A model generated the notes under the pieces. The model searched no databases. It saw only the letters and a list, made by a program, of their open reading frames with translations, and was not told the DNA's origin. Both the position numbers and the translations under genes were made by a program. From assembly GCA_963840645.1 (NCBI GenBank), contig CAWIZL010000003.1, positions 1 through 49,580 on the forward strand: a stretch of 49,580 nt of DNA. The letters are read 5' to 3'. Source of the DNA: Candidatus Doudnabacteria bacterium. GTDB lineage: Bacteria; Patescibacteriota; Doudnabacteria; UBA920; VMFF01. Below are positions 30,033 through 40,439 of this stretch, in pieces. Within the stretch, counting starts at the first letter, position 1; every line of letters starts with the position of its first letter.

Positions 30033-31820
30033 ATGGCTAACATCCGAAACTTCTGCATTATTGCCCACATTGACCACGGGAAATCGACGCTGGCTGACCG
30101 TCTTTTAGAGCACACGCACACTGTTTCAAAGCGCGAGATGAAGGCGCAGCTGCTGGACACAATGGACCTCGAGCGCGAGCGCGGCATTACCATCAAGCTG
30201 CAGCCTGTGCGCATGAACTACACCATTGACGGCGTTGAGTACATTTTGAACTTGATAGATACTCCAGGTCACGTTGACTTCACGTACGAAGTATCGCGCT
30301 CGCTCGCGTGCTGCGAGGGCGCTATTTTGGTTGTCGACTCAACGCAGGGGATTGAGGCGCAGACTTTGGCGAACGTGTACCTTGCACTGGAGAACAACCT
30401 GAAGCTCATTCCTGTTGTGAACAAGATTGACCTGCCAAACTCTGACAGAGTTGCAACAGCAGAAGAAATGAAAGCAGCCTTTGGCTTTACAGACAATGAG
30501 ATTGTGTATGCATCGGGAAAAACTGGTGAAGGTGTTGAAGAAATTCTGCGCGCAGTGGTGAGCAAAGTTCCAGCGCCACAGGGAAATGCAGATTCGCCGT
30601 TCCGTGGCCTCATCTTTGATTCCATGTACGACACGCACCGCGGCGTGGTCGCGTTCGTGCGCTGCTTCGATGGCGCGCTCAAGAAGAACCAGTCAATCCG
30701 CATGATTGGCACGAACACAGAAGCGCAGGCGCTCGAGGTTGGCTACTTCCGTCCAAAGTTTGACCCACAGCCAGACATCAAGCACAACGAGATTGGCTAC
30801 ATTGTCACAGGCCTGCGCGACGTGAGCAAGGCGCGCGTTGGCGACACTGTCACTGTGAAAGAAGCCACTGCATCTATAGAGCAGCTGCCTGGGTACAAGA
30901 CAGTCAAGCCAATGGTGTACGCGACTATTTTTCCAACCTCAGCAGAAGACTACCCAAAATTGCGCGATGCAATGGAGAAGCTCAAGCTCAATGACGCAGC
31001 ACTCTCGTTTGAGCCAGAGAACATTCCGTCAATTGGGTTTGGCTTCCGCACAGGTTTTCTCGGCTTGCTGCACATGGACATTGTGCAGGAGCGCCTCTCG
31101 CGCGAGTACGACCTAGACTTGGTGCTCACGGCGCCGAGCGTTGCGTACGTCATCAACTTCACAGACGGCGAGCAGCGCACCATCCATACCCCAGCAGACT
31201 GGCCAGACCCGTCTATAATTGCCAGCGTTGAAGAGCCGTGGATGACGGTTGACATCCTGTGCAGCCAGCAGTACATTGGACCTGTAATGGAGATAGTCAC
31301 GCAGCGGCGCGGGGCGAGCCGCGACATCCAGTACATGGGCAAAGACCGCGTGCACATGATCTTTGAAATGCCTCTGGCAAACATCATCACCGACTTCTAC
31401 GACAAGCTCAAGAGCGTGTCGTCAGGCTACGCATCGCTCAACTACGAGTACTTGGATACGCGCGTTGGCGATCTCGCCAAAGTAGACGTGCTCGTTGGCG
31501 GTGAAAAAGTTGAGGCCCTGGCAATCATTGCGCACCGCTCTACAGCTGAAGGCGATGGCCGCTCGCTCATCACCAAGCTGAAAGAGCTCATTCCGCGCCA
31601 GCAGTTTGACATTGCGCTCCAGGCAGCCATTGGCGGAAAAATTATTGCCCGCGAGAGCATCAAGCCGTTTCGCAAAGACGTGACAGGCTACCTGTACGGC
31701 GGCGACGTGACGCGCAAGATGAAGCTGCTCAACAAGCAGAAAAAGGGCAAGGCGCGGATGAAGAAAGTTGGCAAGGTTGAGATTCCACAGGAAGCGTTCC
31801 TGGCAGTATTAAAAAAATAA
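30033..31820 (+). CDS. lepA: elongation factor 4 (LepA)
   Basis: IRNFCIIAHIDHGKSTLADR, ERERGITIK, DTPGHVDF, GFLGLLH, C-terminal RKDVT..GGDVTRK; intact 595 aa. Confidence 0.98.
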   Translation: MANIRNFCIIAHIDHGKSTLADRLLEHTHTVSKREMKAQLLDTMDLERERGITIKLQPVRMNYTIDGVEYILNLIDTPGHVDFTYEVSRSLACCEGAILVVDSTQGIEAQTLANVYLALENNLKLIPVVNKIDLPNSDRVATAEEMKAAFGFTDNEIVYASGKTGEGVEEILRAVVSKVPAPQGNADSPFRGLIFDSMYDTHRGVVAFVRCFDGALKKNQSIRMIGTNTEAQALEVGYFRPKFDPQPDIKHNEIGYIVTGLRDVSKARVGDTVTVKEATASIEQLPGYKTVKPMVYATIFPTSAEDYPKLRDAMEKLKLNDAALSFEPENIPSIGFGFRTGFLGLLHMDIVQERLSREYDLDLVLTAPSVAYVINFTDGEQRTIHTPADWPDPSIIASVEEPWMTVDILCSQQYIGPVMEIVTQRRGASRDIQYMGKDRVHMIFEMPLANIITDFYDKLKSVSSGYASLNYEYLDTRVGDLAKVDVLVGGEKVEALAIIAHRSTAEGDGRSLITKLKELIPRQQFDIALQAAIGGKIIARESIKPFRKDVTGYLYGGDVTRKMKLLNKQKKGKARMKKVGKVEIPQEAFLAVLKK

Positions 31821-31822
31821 AC

Positions 31823-32389
31823 ATGTACAAGAGGCTACTCCGAAAAGATGAAGAGGTGCTAGAGATTTACCGCAGCCACGAGCTCACGCTCGTGTGGCCA
31901 ATTGCCAAAACGTTTTTACTCCTGTTCGTGCCGTGGTTCTTTGCAGTTGGGTACGGCGTTGCAGGCGAGTACCGCGGTATCTTTATTTTGTACACGGTCA
32001 TCGTGTGCCTGTACCTTGTGTGGAAGTTCGTGGTCTGGTACCTGAACGTGTACATTGTCACAGACAGTCGCCTCATTGAAATTAGGCGTGGCGGCGTGTT
32101 CAGCAAAGAGGTTCTAGAGACGCCCATTGAGCGCATCCTCAACGTGAGCTTCCGCACCACAGGTTTCCTGTCTACGATTTTTGGCTACGGCGACGTGATG
32201 GTGCAGGTGGTTGGCCTAGAGCAGCCAATTGACCTGGAAGATGTGCCGTACCCGAGCGCAGTCAAAGACTTCTTGTGGGAGCTGCACCAGAAGAGCGGCG
32301 GACTTGATTTGGTACCAGCAGCGCCAGACGTTGCGAGCGTTGGCGCTCTGCGCATCCCGCACGCCAAGAAGGATAACTGGACGCTATGA
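31823..32389 (+). CDS. bacterial PH-domain membrane protein
   Basis: two TM helices, then YIVTDSRLI..ETPIERILNVS..GYGDV. Confidence 0.75.
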   Translation: MYKRLLRKDEEVLEIYRSHELTLVWPIAKTFLLLFVPWFFAVGYGVAGEYRGIFILYTVIVCLYLVWKFVVWYLNVYIVTDSRLIEIRRGGVFSKEVLETPIERILNVSFRTTGFLSTIFGYGDVMVQVVGLEQPIDLEDVPYPSAVKDFLWELHQKSGGLDLVPAAPDVASVGALRIPHAKKDNWTL

Positions 32390-32787
32390 AAAAATTCTTA
32401 AATTTTCTGAAGAGCCCGTGGTTCGTCGTGCCGGGCGTTCTGGTTCTCGGCGCGCTGCTGTACGTGAACTGGCAGCAGGTCAAGCAGTCGCGCGGCATCC
32501 AGGCGCAGATCAACAGCCTGAATGAACAGGCCGATGCCCTGCAGCAGAAGAACACAGATCTGCTGAGCACCATTAACTCGCTGAAGCAGGTAGGTGCCAC
32601 GCAGAAGCTCGCGCGCGAGCAGCTGAACCTCAAGCAGCCTGGTGAGTTCGTGTACTCGTTTGCGCCGCAGGAAGCGGGGAGTGGGGATGGGTCTGGTGTT
32701 GGCTCTGGTGGCACGAGCTCTGGCGGTGGCGACACAACGCCAAACCCAGAGAAGTGGTACAATTACTTTTTTAGGCCGGGGTCTTAG
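32386..32787 (+). CDS. septum formation initiator (FtsB/DivIC-like)
   Basis: TM helix, coiled coil, KLAREQLNLKQPGE motif, Gly/Ser-rich tail. Confidence 0.75.
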   Translation: MKKFLNFLKSPWFVVPGVLVLGALLYVNWQQVKQSRGIQAQINSLNEQADALQQKNTDLLSTINSLKQVGATQKLAREQLNLKQPGEFVYSFAPQEAGSGDGSGVGSGGTSSGGGDTTPNPEKWYNYFFRPGS

Positions 32788-32804
32788 GGTATTTTTGTAA
32801 CCTT

Positions 32805-32878
32805 GCGGGTGTAGTTCAATGGTAGAATGCGGCCTTCCCAAGGCTGAGACGCGGGTCCGATTCCCGCTACCCGCTCCA
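32805..32878 (+). tRNA. tRNA-Gly (anticodon CCC)
   Basis: GCGGGTGTAGTTCAATGGTAGAATGCGGCCTTCCCAAGGCTGAGACGCGGGTCCGATTCCCGCTACCCGCTCCA; cloverleaf, encoded CCA. Confidence 0.95.
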
Positions 32879-32970
32879 ATATTTTCTAATTTAAAAAATG
32901 GGTGTCTCAGGCATTGCTGCTCAAGACACCCTGGTTGAAGTAGTTTTATGTTTTGTTTGCGTGAATCTCT

Positions 32971-34400
32971 TCAGAACGTGAAGTCCGCTGAGATCGAGCC
33001 GTAGTTGCACCCATCGTACCCATCGCAGACCGCGACTGAGTTAAGAGGGTAGTAGAAGCCAGCCGTTGATATGCTGGTTGGCGTGCCGCCGTTCAAACTG
33101 GCGGACAGCAGCTGGTTCTGGTAATCGTAGCTGACCGCTACCGTGTAGGTGCCCTCGCCCGCTGAAAGGTTGAAGCCACCGTAGAGGTTGCCGCCAGCGC
33201 ACCCCGAGGCGAACGTGTCCACCTGGAATGTCATGTAGCCCGTGTTGCCCCCGTCATTGGTGATGGTGCCCGTGAAGGTGAGTGTTGGGAGACCATTGAC
33301 CATGCTCAGCGTAGGCGGGGTGGCCATCGAGGTCACGATGCCTTAGGTGTTCCAGTTCGTGGCGGTACTGCACGATCCCTGCGTTGGTGTACTTGGCGCA
33401 ACCCCGATCCCCGCACCCTGTATCCAGTTGTCTGGGGTGTTGGATGAATCGTTGATGTACGCAATCGGATTTGTCTGGTCATAGTAGGTTCCCAGTGTTT
33501 GGTCACCCGTTGGCGCAACGTAGTCGCCGGTCGGAGTGTACTCGCCAGATGGCCAGTTAGTCGCGGTGTAGCCAGCTCTTCCCAAAGGAGAGTTTACGTA
33601 CGCGTACGGAGCGACACTGAAGTGCAGGTGTCGGCCGTTGAGCCAATTGCCGGTGTAGCCGAGCAGCTCACCAGCGAGCACAATGTCGCAGGTGTGGAAG
33701 GGACGTTTTGGGTCGAGCGCAACCAGGTCAGCGGTTTCAACCCCAGTCGTGCTGGTTGTCAGGTAGTCTCCAGAGCCGCAGGTAATGGGGTCTGTGTAGT
33801 CCGATGAGAACGTTGCACCTGGCATGCTCCTCGGGGTTTGGCTGAGGTCGAGGAGGTGTCCGTAAATGACGTAGTACGGGTTGCTGTCGGGCCCTATGTG
33901 CTTAATCACGAGACCAACGTTTGCCGTACACGGTGCGCCAGTATACCCCATGGGGCAAGTGCCGCAAGTTGCCATCGTATAGTAGGCATCTGGGCGTCTA
34001 TTTCAGCACACGAAGTGGCTCCCCAATCGCCGTAAGAGATGTGCATGATCTGCCCATCAGCAACGGCGTAAACGGGGTGGTGGAGCCGTTCTGACAGGTT
34101 CATAATATCGAACCCCAGGTGGTAATCATTTTTCATGTACTTGCCAACCTCGGTTGCGCTACTCGGATCTTGTATGCTCCTGTAATCGGTACACGAGCTG
34201 CCAGAGAAAATACACCCTGGCTCAAGCCAGTTGCCAGCAAAGACCGCCGGAGCAGTAACATAGTCGGTCTGGTCTGAGAAAATCTGTGAGGTGTGCGTGG
34301 AGCTGCCGGTAGGCCAGTACATGCCGCTCGGAGCTGTGGTCTGCGCGAGCAGACCAACCGTTGACAATGCGAAGAAGACTGCCGTTTTGCACAGTTTCAT
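32971..34400 (-). CDS. secreted M23-family metallopeptidase with beta-rich C-terminal domain; frameshift near 33970 and in-frame TAA at 33343
   Basis: signal peptide MKLCKTAVFFALSTVGLLA, YHLGFD (HxxxD), YVIYGHL, GELLGYTG..HLHFSV (HxH); ORFs 33906..34400, 33343..33975, 32971..33336. Confidence 0.75.
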
Positions 34401-34513
34401 TTCTCTTTCTCTTCCTTTTGGTTGTGAGGTACTAGCTAAGTTGCCCTAGTCAGTGCGTATATTTTAACAGGGTACTCAGAAAAATCAATACTCGAGAGAA
34501 TAGGTGCCTCTTA

Positions 34514-35247
34514 CTATTTCAGGCTTGAGATTATTGACTTAACCGCAGTTTGAAGGTTGCCATCCCTAGAGTCTGTGGTGATATCGAAGCTAAGACCTTT
34601 ATAAGGGAACAGGTAATCTACGGTGAGATCGCCGTAATCATCCATGTCGTTGAACACCTCAGCGCTGTGGCCACCGAGCGTCACATCCGAAGGCTTGGCT
34701 GGTACAGTTGAACCGTTCATGGCTATCACGAGCTGAGAGTTTGCCTCTAGGGTGTCCATCAGCGTACTCATCGACTCACGGTAAACACCAATATTTATTG
34801 ATCCGGCTCACCAAAAGTTTCGCTGAAGTGAAAATTCATAAAATTACCATTGTCTTCACTGAGGCCGTATAAGAGCGTATCGGGGTACTCAAATAAAAAC
34901 CCGTACTCTGAATCCGTGTACTTTGCCAATCCATTGGTGGCAAGCGTTATGCACGCGGTATCTGAGACAGCTTTGCCAGCTGAAAGGCAATTGGGGTTTG
35001 CTATAAGCGTTGGTGTTGGGCTTGGCTTTGGCGTTGGGTTGGGAAGGTAGCTAGGCAACTGGGTAGTGCAGGCTGGGGTGAGGCGGTACTTCGCTAAGCT
35101 GCAGTGGTTGATGCCCTGTGCCACCTGTTGATCGCTGACACCAGACGTTGCGTAGATGTAGACGATCAGCCCACCAATAACTACCACAGCAACGGCGATG
35201 GCCAAGATGAACCAGATTTTTTCCTTAGCGATTTTTGACGCTTCCAC
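34514..35247 (-). CDS. membrane-anchored extracellular hypothetical protein (PsbP-like fold possible); frameshift near 34800
   Basis: N-terminal TM, Pro/Thr linker, YTDSEYGFLFEYP pattern; ORFs 34795..35247 and 34514..34771 join by one base. Confidence 0.6.
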
Positions 35248-35478
35248 TTTTGTTTCTTTTATGATTGAGTTCTCTCAAGAGAATTGTAAGCAGGACACGT
35301 ATGGTGTAAACAGTGGATAATTCATGCTCCGTAGCTTAGCTATTTCCCTCCTCACGTCATCCCACAGCCCGCTCCAGACGGATGTGCGCCACGCAGTGGC
35401 GTCGGCCGTCTGGATTGGAATCAGCAAACATGCTACAATAGTTTTACAAGCAACAGTAAACACAGCGACCAGCAACTT

Positions 35479-36937
35479 ATGAACATACACAAAAAGTCTT
35501 ACGTTCTAGTTTTGGGGGCCATGCTGCTCGCGGCGGGCTGCAACCACAATGCCGCGTCTAACTCAGACGGTACGCCAAGTTCCTTCGCAACTCCACAGCC
35601 AGTGCAATCTTCCCCGAGCAATTCCAGCGGAGGGTTTCCAAAAATCAGCTTGAGCTACCTCAACCCCAGTACCGTAAATCCCCTGGCTTTCTCTTACCAA
35701 ATGGCGGACTATGATGCCAAACGTAACCAGGTACTATTCTACCCGTACGGCGGCGTACTCGCCTTTGCGAGTAACTCTGGATTACTGTTAACGTACAATG
35801 TTGGCAGCAACAATTTCACCAGCCCGAGCAGTTGGACAACCGTTCGACTTAAGTAAAGTTGTAACTCCCGATGCGGTTAATTTTGGGGGAGGGTTTTTGG
35901 ATACTGACGATAACTTTGCTTACATAGGTGAGGGGTAAAATCCGAAAGGTCAACAGCGGCAGAAAAGGCATTGGCCAAGAGCGCCGTGGCTGTGCAGGTT
36001 AATTTAGCCAAAGAGTACGCAAACCCTAACGACCCCTCTGCCTACTCATACATTGATCTAAGGAACCTTCCTGGTATTCCTGACGTGGGTTCATTCTCCG
36101 GAATTTTTGCAGATGGCTACGCGTACTTTTGCCCGACGCTCGACACATTAAACGGAGAAGAGCACGGCGTTCTGGTTAGGTACAACAGTTCCCAACCTTT
36201 TTCCAGCGCTTCATCCTGGCAGTGGTATAACTTAAACGACATTGCAAGTCCGCCCGACCCCGACCTCGGCGGCATGCAGTCCATGGCTTACGTTGCGCCC
36301 TACGTTTACTTAATCCCGTTTTCCAATGGCAGTCTAGCCCCAGGAGGCCAAACAACAGAGGCCAGTAAAATTGTCCGCTACGACACAACCAAGAACTTTG
36401 AATCTGCCTCGTCTTACCAAACATTCGACCTTGCCACCTTACCTTTCCCCGCCAGTATCCAAACGCAGCTAAAAGGATTCACCGGAGGAATAGTGGTAGG
36501 CAACAGCCTAGTTCTGGTTCCCTGGCGAGGACACCTCGCAGACCAATTCAGTTGCCTTAATGTTTGACACCACCAAACAGTTGAAGGATCCGAGCGCTTG
36601 GCAGTACATTGACTTAACCACGGTCAACCCAAAAGCCGGGGGCTACCAGTTCGGCTGGCTGGATAAAAACGGCTACATGTGGTTTGTCCCTACCCACAAT
36701 TACAACTTACAGACAAAGCCCTTGGTGCCTCCATTCATTGCCTGGAATACCAAGCTGCCCTTTAGCTCAGCTTCTTCCTGGAGTTCGTACCCTAACAGCG
36801 CTCCAATATGGTCTACCGGCGCTGCCTACGATCCCAGTACCAATACGGCTTGGCTTTCGCCTTATGGAACAGCTAATGGAACAGCTAGCGGAGCATCTCC
36901 AACCGCTATCATCACACAGTTACAGGAAAACTACTAA
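35479..36937 (+). CDS. lipoprotein with seven beta-propeller-like repeats; several indels
   Basis: lipobox LAAGC, Ser/Pro linker, repeats of G..(D)g..yf.P...l.Y.t...F.s.SsW...DL across ORFs 35479..35856, 35971..36567, 36560..36937. Confidence 0.7.
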
Positions 36938-37083
36938 AGGTTCGAGTATAAAAGTTTTCGAATTAGTCCAAACCAATGGCTAAATTCATTAAGCTCACCA
37001 AGGACATCCGTGTTCCAATCTTAAAAACAGCAATCTAAAACCCGCTGTTCGCGTTTCGCTACTGGGTGGGTATCGTTTGGTTT

Positions 37084-37478
37084 TCAGTCTGTCTTCAGGT
37101 GGCCGAGGAATCCTACGATGTGCTTGAGGGAGTAGATTTCACAAACCAGGTGATTGACGAGTTCGTCGCGGACGAACGTTCTGTCGCCGCAGTCTGCCTG
37201 TCCGTAGCGGTAGCCCAGCAGCCTTACGTTTGCGTTTGGCGGTTTGACGTCCCTTCGCTCTCTCAACTTCTTTTCCATTGAGCCGTCCACTGATACCACG
37301 AGCACAGAGATCAAATCAACGTCCTCACTGTGCTCGTAGGCTTCTGTGCTCCCGACACAGAAATACTGGTCGTCGTATGGGAGGTCTCGCACCTTTGGGG
37401 TATACTCAACGTCTTGCTGGCTGGGCTAAGTATGCCGAGCGAGCAGAGAAATGCAAAAGCAAGCGTGCGTTTGACCAT
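37084..37478 (-). CDS. small secreted hypothetical protein; probable frameshift after signal peptide
   Basis: AGGAGG SD before ATG 37478 (MVKRTLAFAFLCSLGILSPA), continuing into ORF 37084..37392. Confidence 0.45.
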
Positions 37479-37578
37479 GCGTAGCCTCCTGCTGTAATTT
37501 CGAACATTCTACTGCATATTTTAACCTTGCGCAATGTAGTACAATTAACCTAATTAACAAACGGCACCCGCACCCCCC

Positions 37579-38641
37579 AATCCGAACACTCGGATTTTTT
37601 CTTTTCAGCCTTTCTTTGCAGCGCTCCGGCGCTGTTTCCGTTCGCGGTACTCGTCCAGCCTCTCTCGCGGCGTCGCGTAGTTCAGAACCTCCATGAATTT
37701 GCCCGCCATTTTTTTCTCGATGGCCGCGACCCGACGCACCGAGAGCCTGGAGATATCTCAGCCCTTCGGCACGTAGACCCTGACCCTGCCGTTCAGGTTC
37801 TCCACCTGCGGCTTCTCCCACATGTGGCCCGGGTAGCAGAAGTACACGCGGATGCCGAGCTCGCGGGCGAGCTGCTCGTGGTGCACCCAGAGCAGGTCGT
37901 TGTCCGTGGTCATGCTCGACCACTCGGGGTAGCGCGCCTTGATCCGCTTGGCTGCGGCGAGGACGGCGCCTGCTGACAGCGCCAGGGTGCGCTCGAGGAA
38001 CGGCGCCCGGGTCGGCATGTCCTCGACGACGAGCAGGGTGCCGCGACCCGACCTGCCCGAGACGATGAAGTCGCCCTCGGCGTCGCCGACGCGGGGCTGC
38101 TGCCCAATGGATTTGGGTCGTTTGTCTATGAACGTGCGGCCGTCAGCGAGTTTCTTCCGCGCCCCGTTCCTGCGCCGCTTCCTCTTCTTCAGCCTGCTCC
38201 GGTGGTGCTCAATCTTCCTGCCGTGCGGCGAGGCGACGTACCGGTACACGCTGTTCTTGGACACGTCTGGCAGGTTCGGCTCGTGGGTCCTCATCCTGCC
38301 AGACACGGCCTCGGGCGACTGGTCGTCGAGCAGCTCCCGCTCGACGAACTCGCGGACGCCGAAGTTCTCGACGAGCTTCTTGCCCTGGTACCTGGCGTTG
38401 TGCCGCCGCACGTACGCCCTGTGGTGCGCCTTGGCCGGGTCGTACGCGCCGCGCACGCTGTTCCGACCCACCTCGTCGCTGACCGTGGACACCGACCGGT
38501 GCATAGCGCGGGCGACCGCGCGCATGGAGTACCCCTTCCCCAACAAAATTTTTAGCTCGCCGCGCTCGGCCTTCGTGAGGTGCGAGCGCTGTTTTTTCAT
38601 GCCTACATTGTAGCAGCTTTTTCTGGCCGAGTGTTCGGATT
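37579..38641 (-). mobile_element. IS30-family insertion sequence
   Basis: 15-bp perfect terminal inverted repeats AATCCGAACACTCGG (37579-37593 and 38627-38641), markedly higher GC than flanks, single transposase. Confidence 0.85.
37605..38600 (-). CDS. IS30-family transposase; frameshift near 37770
   Basis: HTH HLTKAERGEL..SMRAVARAMHRSVSTVSDEVGRN, SKNSVYRY, DDE residues in EGDFIV, TTDND, PQVENLNGRVR. Confidence 0.9.
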
Positions 38642-38665
38642 CAAAAAGGGAACCCGCCCACAGCC

Positions 38666-39400
38666 ATGCCAGAAAAACATGAAAATTTTGGTGAGCGAGT
38701 TGAAGAGGGCAGCAGTGGCAAAGAGCTCTTGCTCGAAGGCCAGCGCTTGCGCGAGGCAGGCGAAACCCTTGAGGCGCTCGATAGCATCAACCGTGCAATG
38801 GTGGCTTTTGCAAAAGAGGGGAATCGCCAGCGGTTTGCCCACGCTAATCTTAGATAGGGCAATTTGCTACCAGCACCTGTACCAATTTTACGAGAACCAT
38901 AGAGGCTTTGCCGTGCTCTACAAAAAAGATGCAGAGGCAATGCTTGAGATTGTTGAGGCAGAAAAACTGGATGAGCTCGACCAGGCGTACTTCATCAACG
39001 CAAAGGCGCGCGTGCTCTTCAGAGAGTACGAAGGGCGGTGGAATTTTTCAAGAAGGCGATCGAACAAATGCCTGTAGAACCGCGCCGCACAAAAAGGCGA
39101 CTGGCGCACGAACTTAGGCAAGGCGCTGTACCTGAATGGTGAAAAAGATTTGGGCGTTCAAGAAATTCTTAGCGGGATTGAGCAGGTGCAGGAATTTTCT
39201 GATGAGATAGACGAGTACACCTTCAACGTCTGGGTTTCAGGCGGCTACCTGCGGTTGGCAGAGGTACTGTGTTCAGACGATCCCGAGAAGAGCGCTGAAT
39301 ACTTTGCAGAAGCAAAAAAATTGTGGATGCAGATCCAACGCAGGTTATTCGAAGAAAGCAAATTGAAAATTTTGAAAAGACGGGCGAAACAGGACTCTAG
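38666..39400 (+). CDS. alpha-helical TPR-like hypothetical protein; several indels
   Basis: continuous acidic helical sequence recoverable by joining frames of ORFs 38666..38857, 38580..39077, 39150..39404. Confidence 0.55.
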
Positions 39401-39412
39401 GTAGGCGACTCT

Positions 39413-40344
39413 TTAGTAGCTCAAAGTGTTCGCTGCCACAACGCTGCCATTGCCAGCGTTTGGGCTGTTCAAGCTCTCAGCCAATTGAGCCAGGCTTGCA
39501 ACTCTGACGTTTCATTGAACGCGGTGTACAGGTGAGGCTCGCCCAGCAGGACAACCGATAGCTCTGGGCCATTGTTGTACTTCAGCACAGATGCAAAGTT
39601 GTACGTCACGCCAAGGTAGCCAGTCTTCGCACCAATCATCTGCACGTCGTTTGAAGCCAGCAGCTTGTCAGTGTTCTTGATTGTCTGGTTGTACTTTGAG
39701 TTATTGGTTGATTGAGCACGTAGCTCTGCAGGCTAGCCACCTGCTGCAGGTACGGGTTTGCGAAAGCAGCAGCAACAATTTTTGAGTAGTCTGCAGCAGT
39801 GATTACGTTCGTTGGATCCATGCCTGTTGGCTCGTTGAAGTGTGAGCCGTGGCGCCCAGGGCTTTTGCCTTTGCATTCATCTTTGCAACGAACTGGTCTT
39901 GCGTTAAGCCCGTGCTGCGCGCGAGCGCGATGCCGCGTTGTTGGCAGATGGCAAGAGCGCAGCATGGAACAGCCCGTCAACGGTGAACTTCACGCCTGGG
40001 ACTGTGCGGATGCACTCGCCGCCATCGCTGCACGCGCCGAGCGTCTGGTCGTAGCTGGTCATGGCAACCTGCTTTGAGAGGTTTGGCTTTGTATCGAGCA
40101 CAACGAGCGCGGTGACCAGCTTGGTGAGCGACGCGGGCGCCCACGTCTGGTTTGCGTTTTGGCTCATGAGCACCTGGCCAGTTGCCACGTTTGTGACAAC
40201 GTACGAGGGCGCGCTAATCCCAACCATGCTTGCGAGCTGGCTGCCGTTCGATGGCATTTGGAGCGCAGAAGCTGGGTGTGGCAGTAATGTGAACAGCGTA
40301 GCTGCGAGCAAAGGTAAAGTTGCGAGTGTGTATTTTTGTTTCAT
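39413..40344 (-). CDS. second D-alanyl-D-alanine carboxypeptidase (peptidase S11); indels
   Basis: signal peptide, PASLTK, PSANN, GSHFNEPTG, GAKTGY. Confidence 0.85.
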
Positions 40345-40439
40345 TTGCGCGTGCGTTACTTTTTCATAGTACATTGAAACGTTGCTAAAATCAATAGGCT
40401 CTGCTGGCAAAACCAGCGGGTTTTCTGTATAATACGTCA

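Noticed and set aside
37561-37582. Possible attR copy of the tRNA-Gly 3' end (CACCCGCACCCCCCAAT vs TACCCGCTCCAAT)
   Set aside because: Match is short and gapped, overlaps the IS end, and there is no integrase
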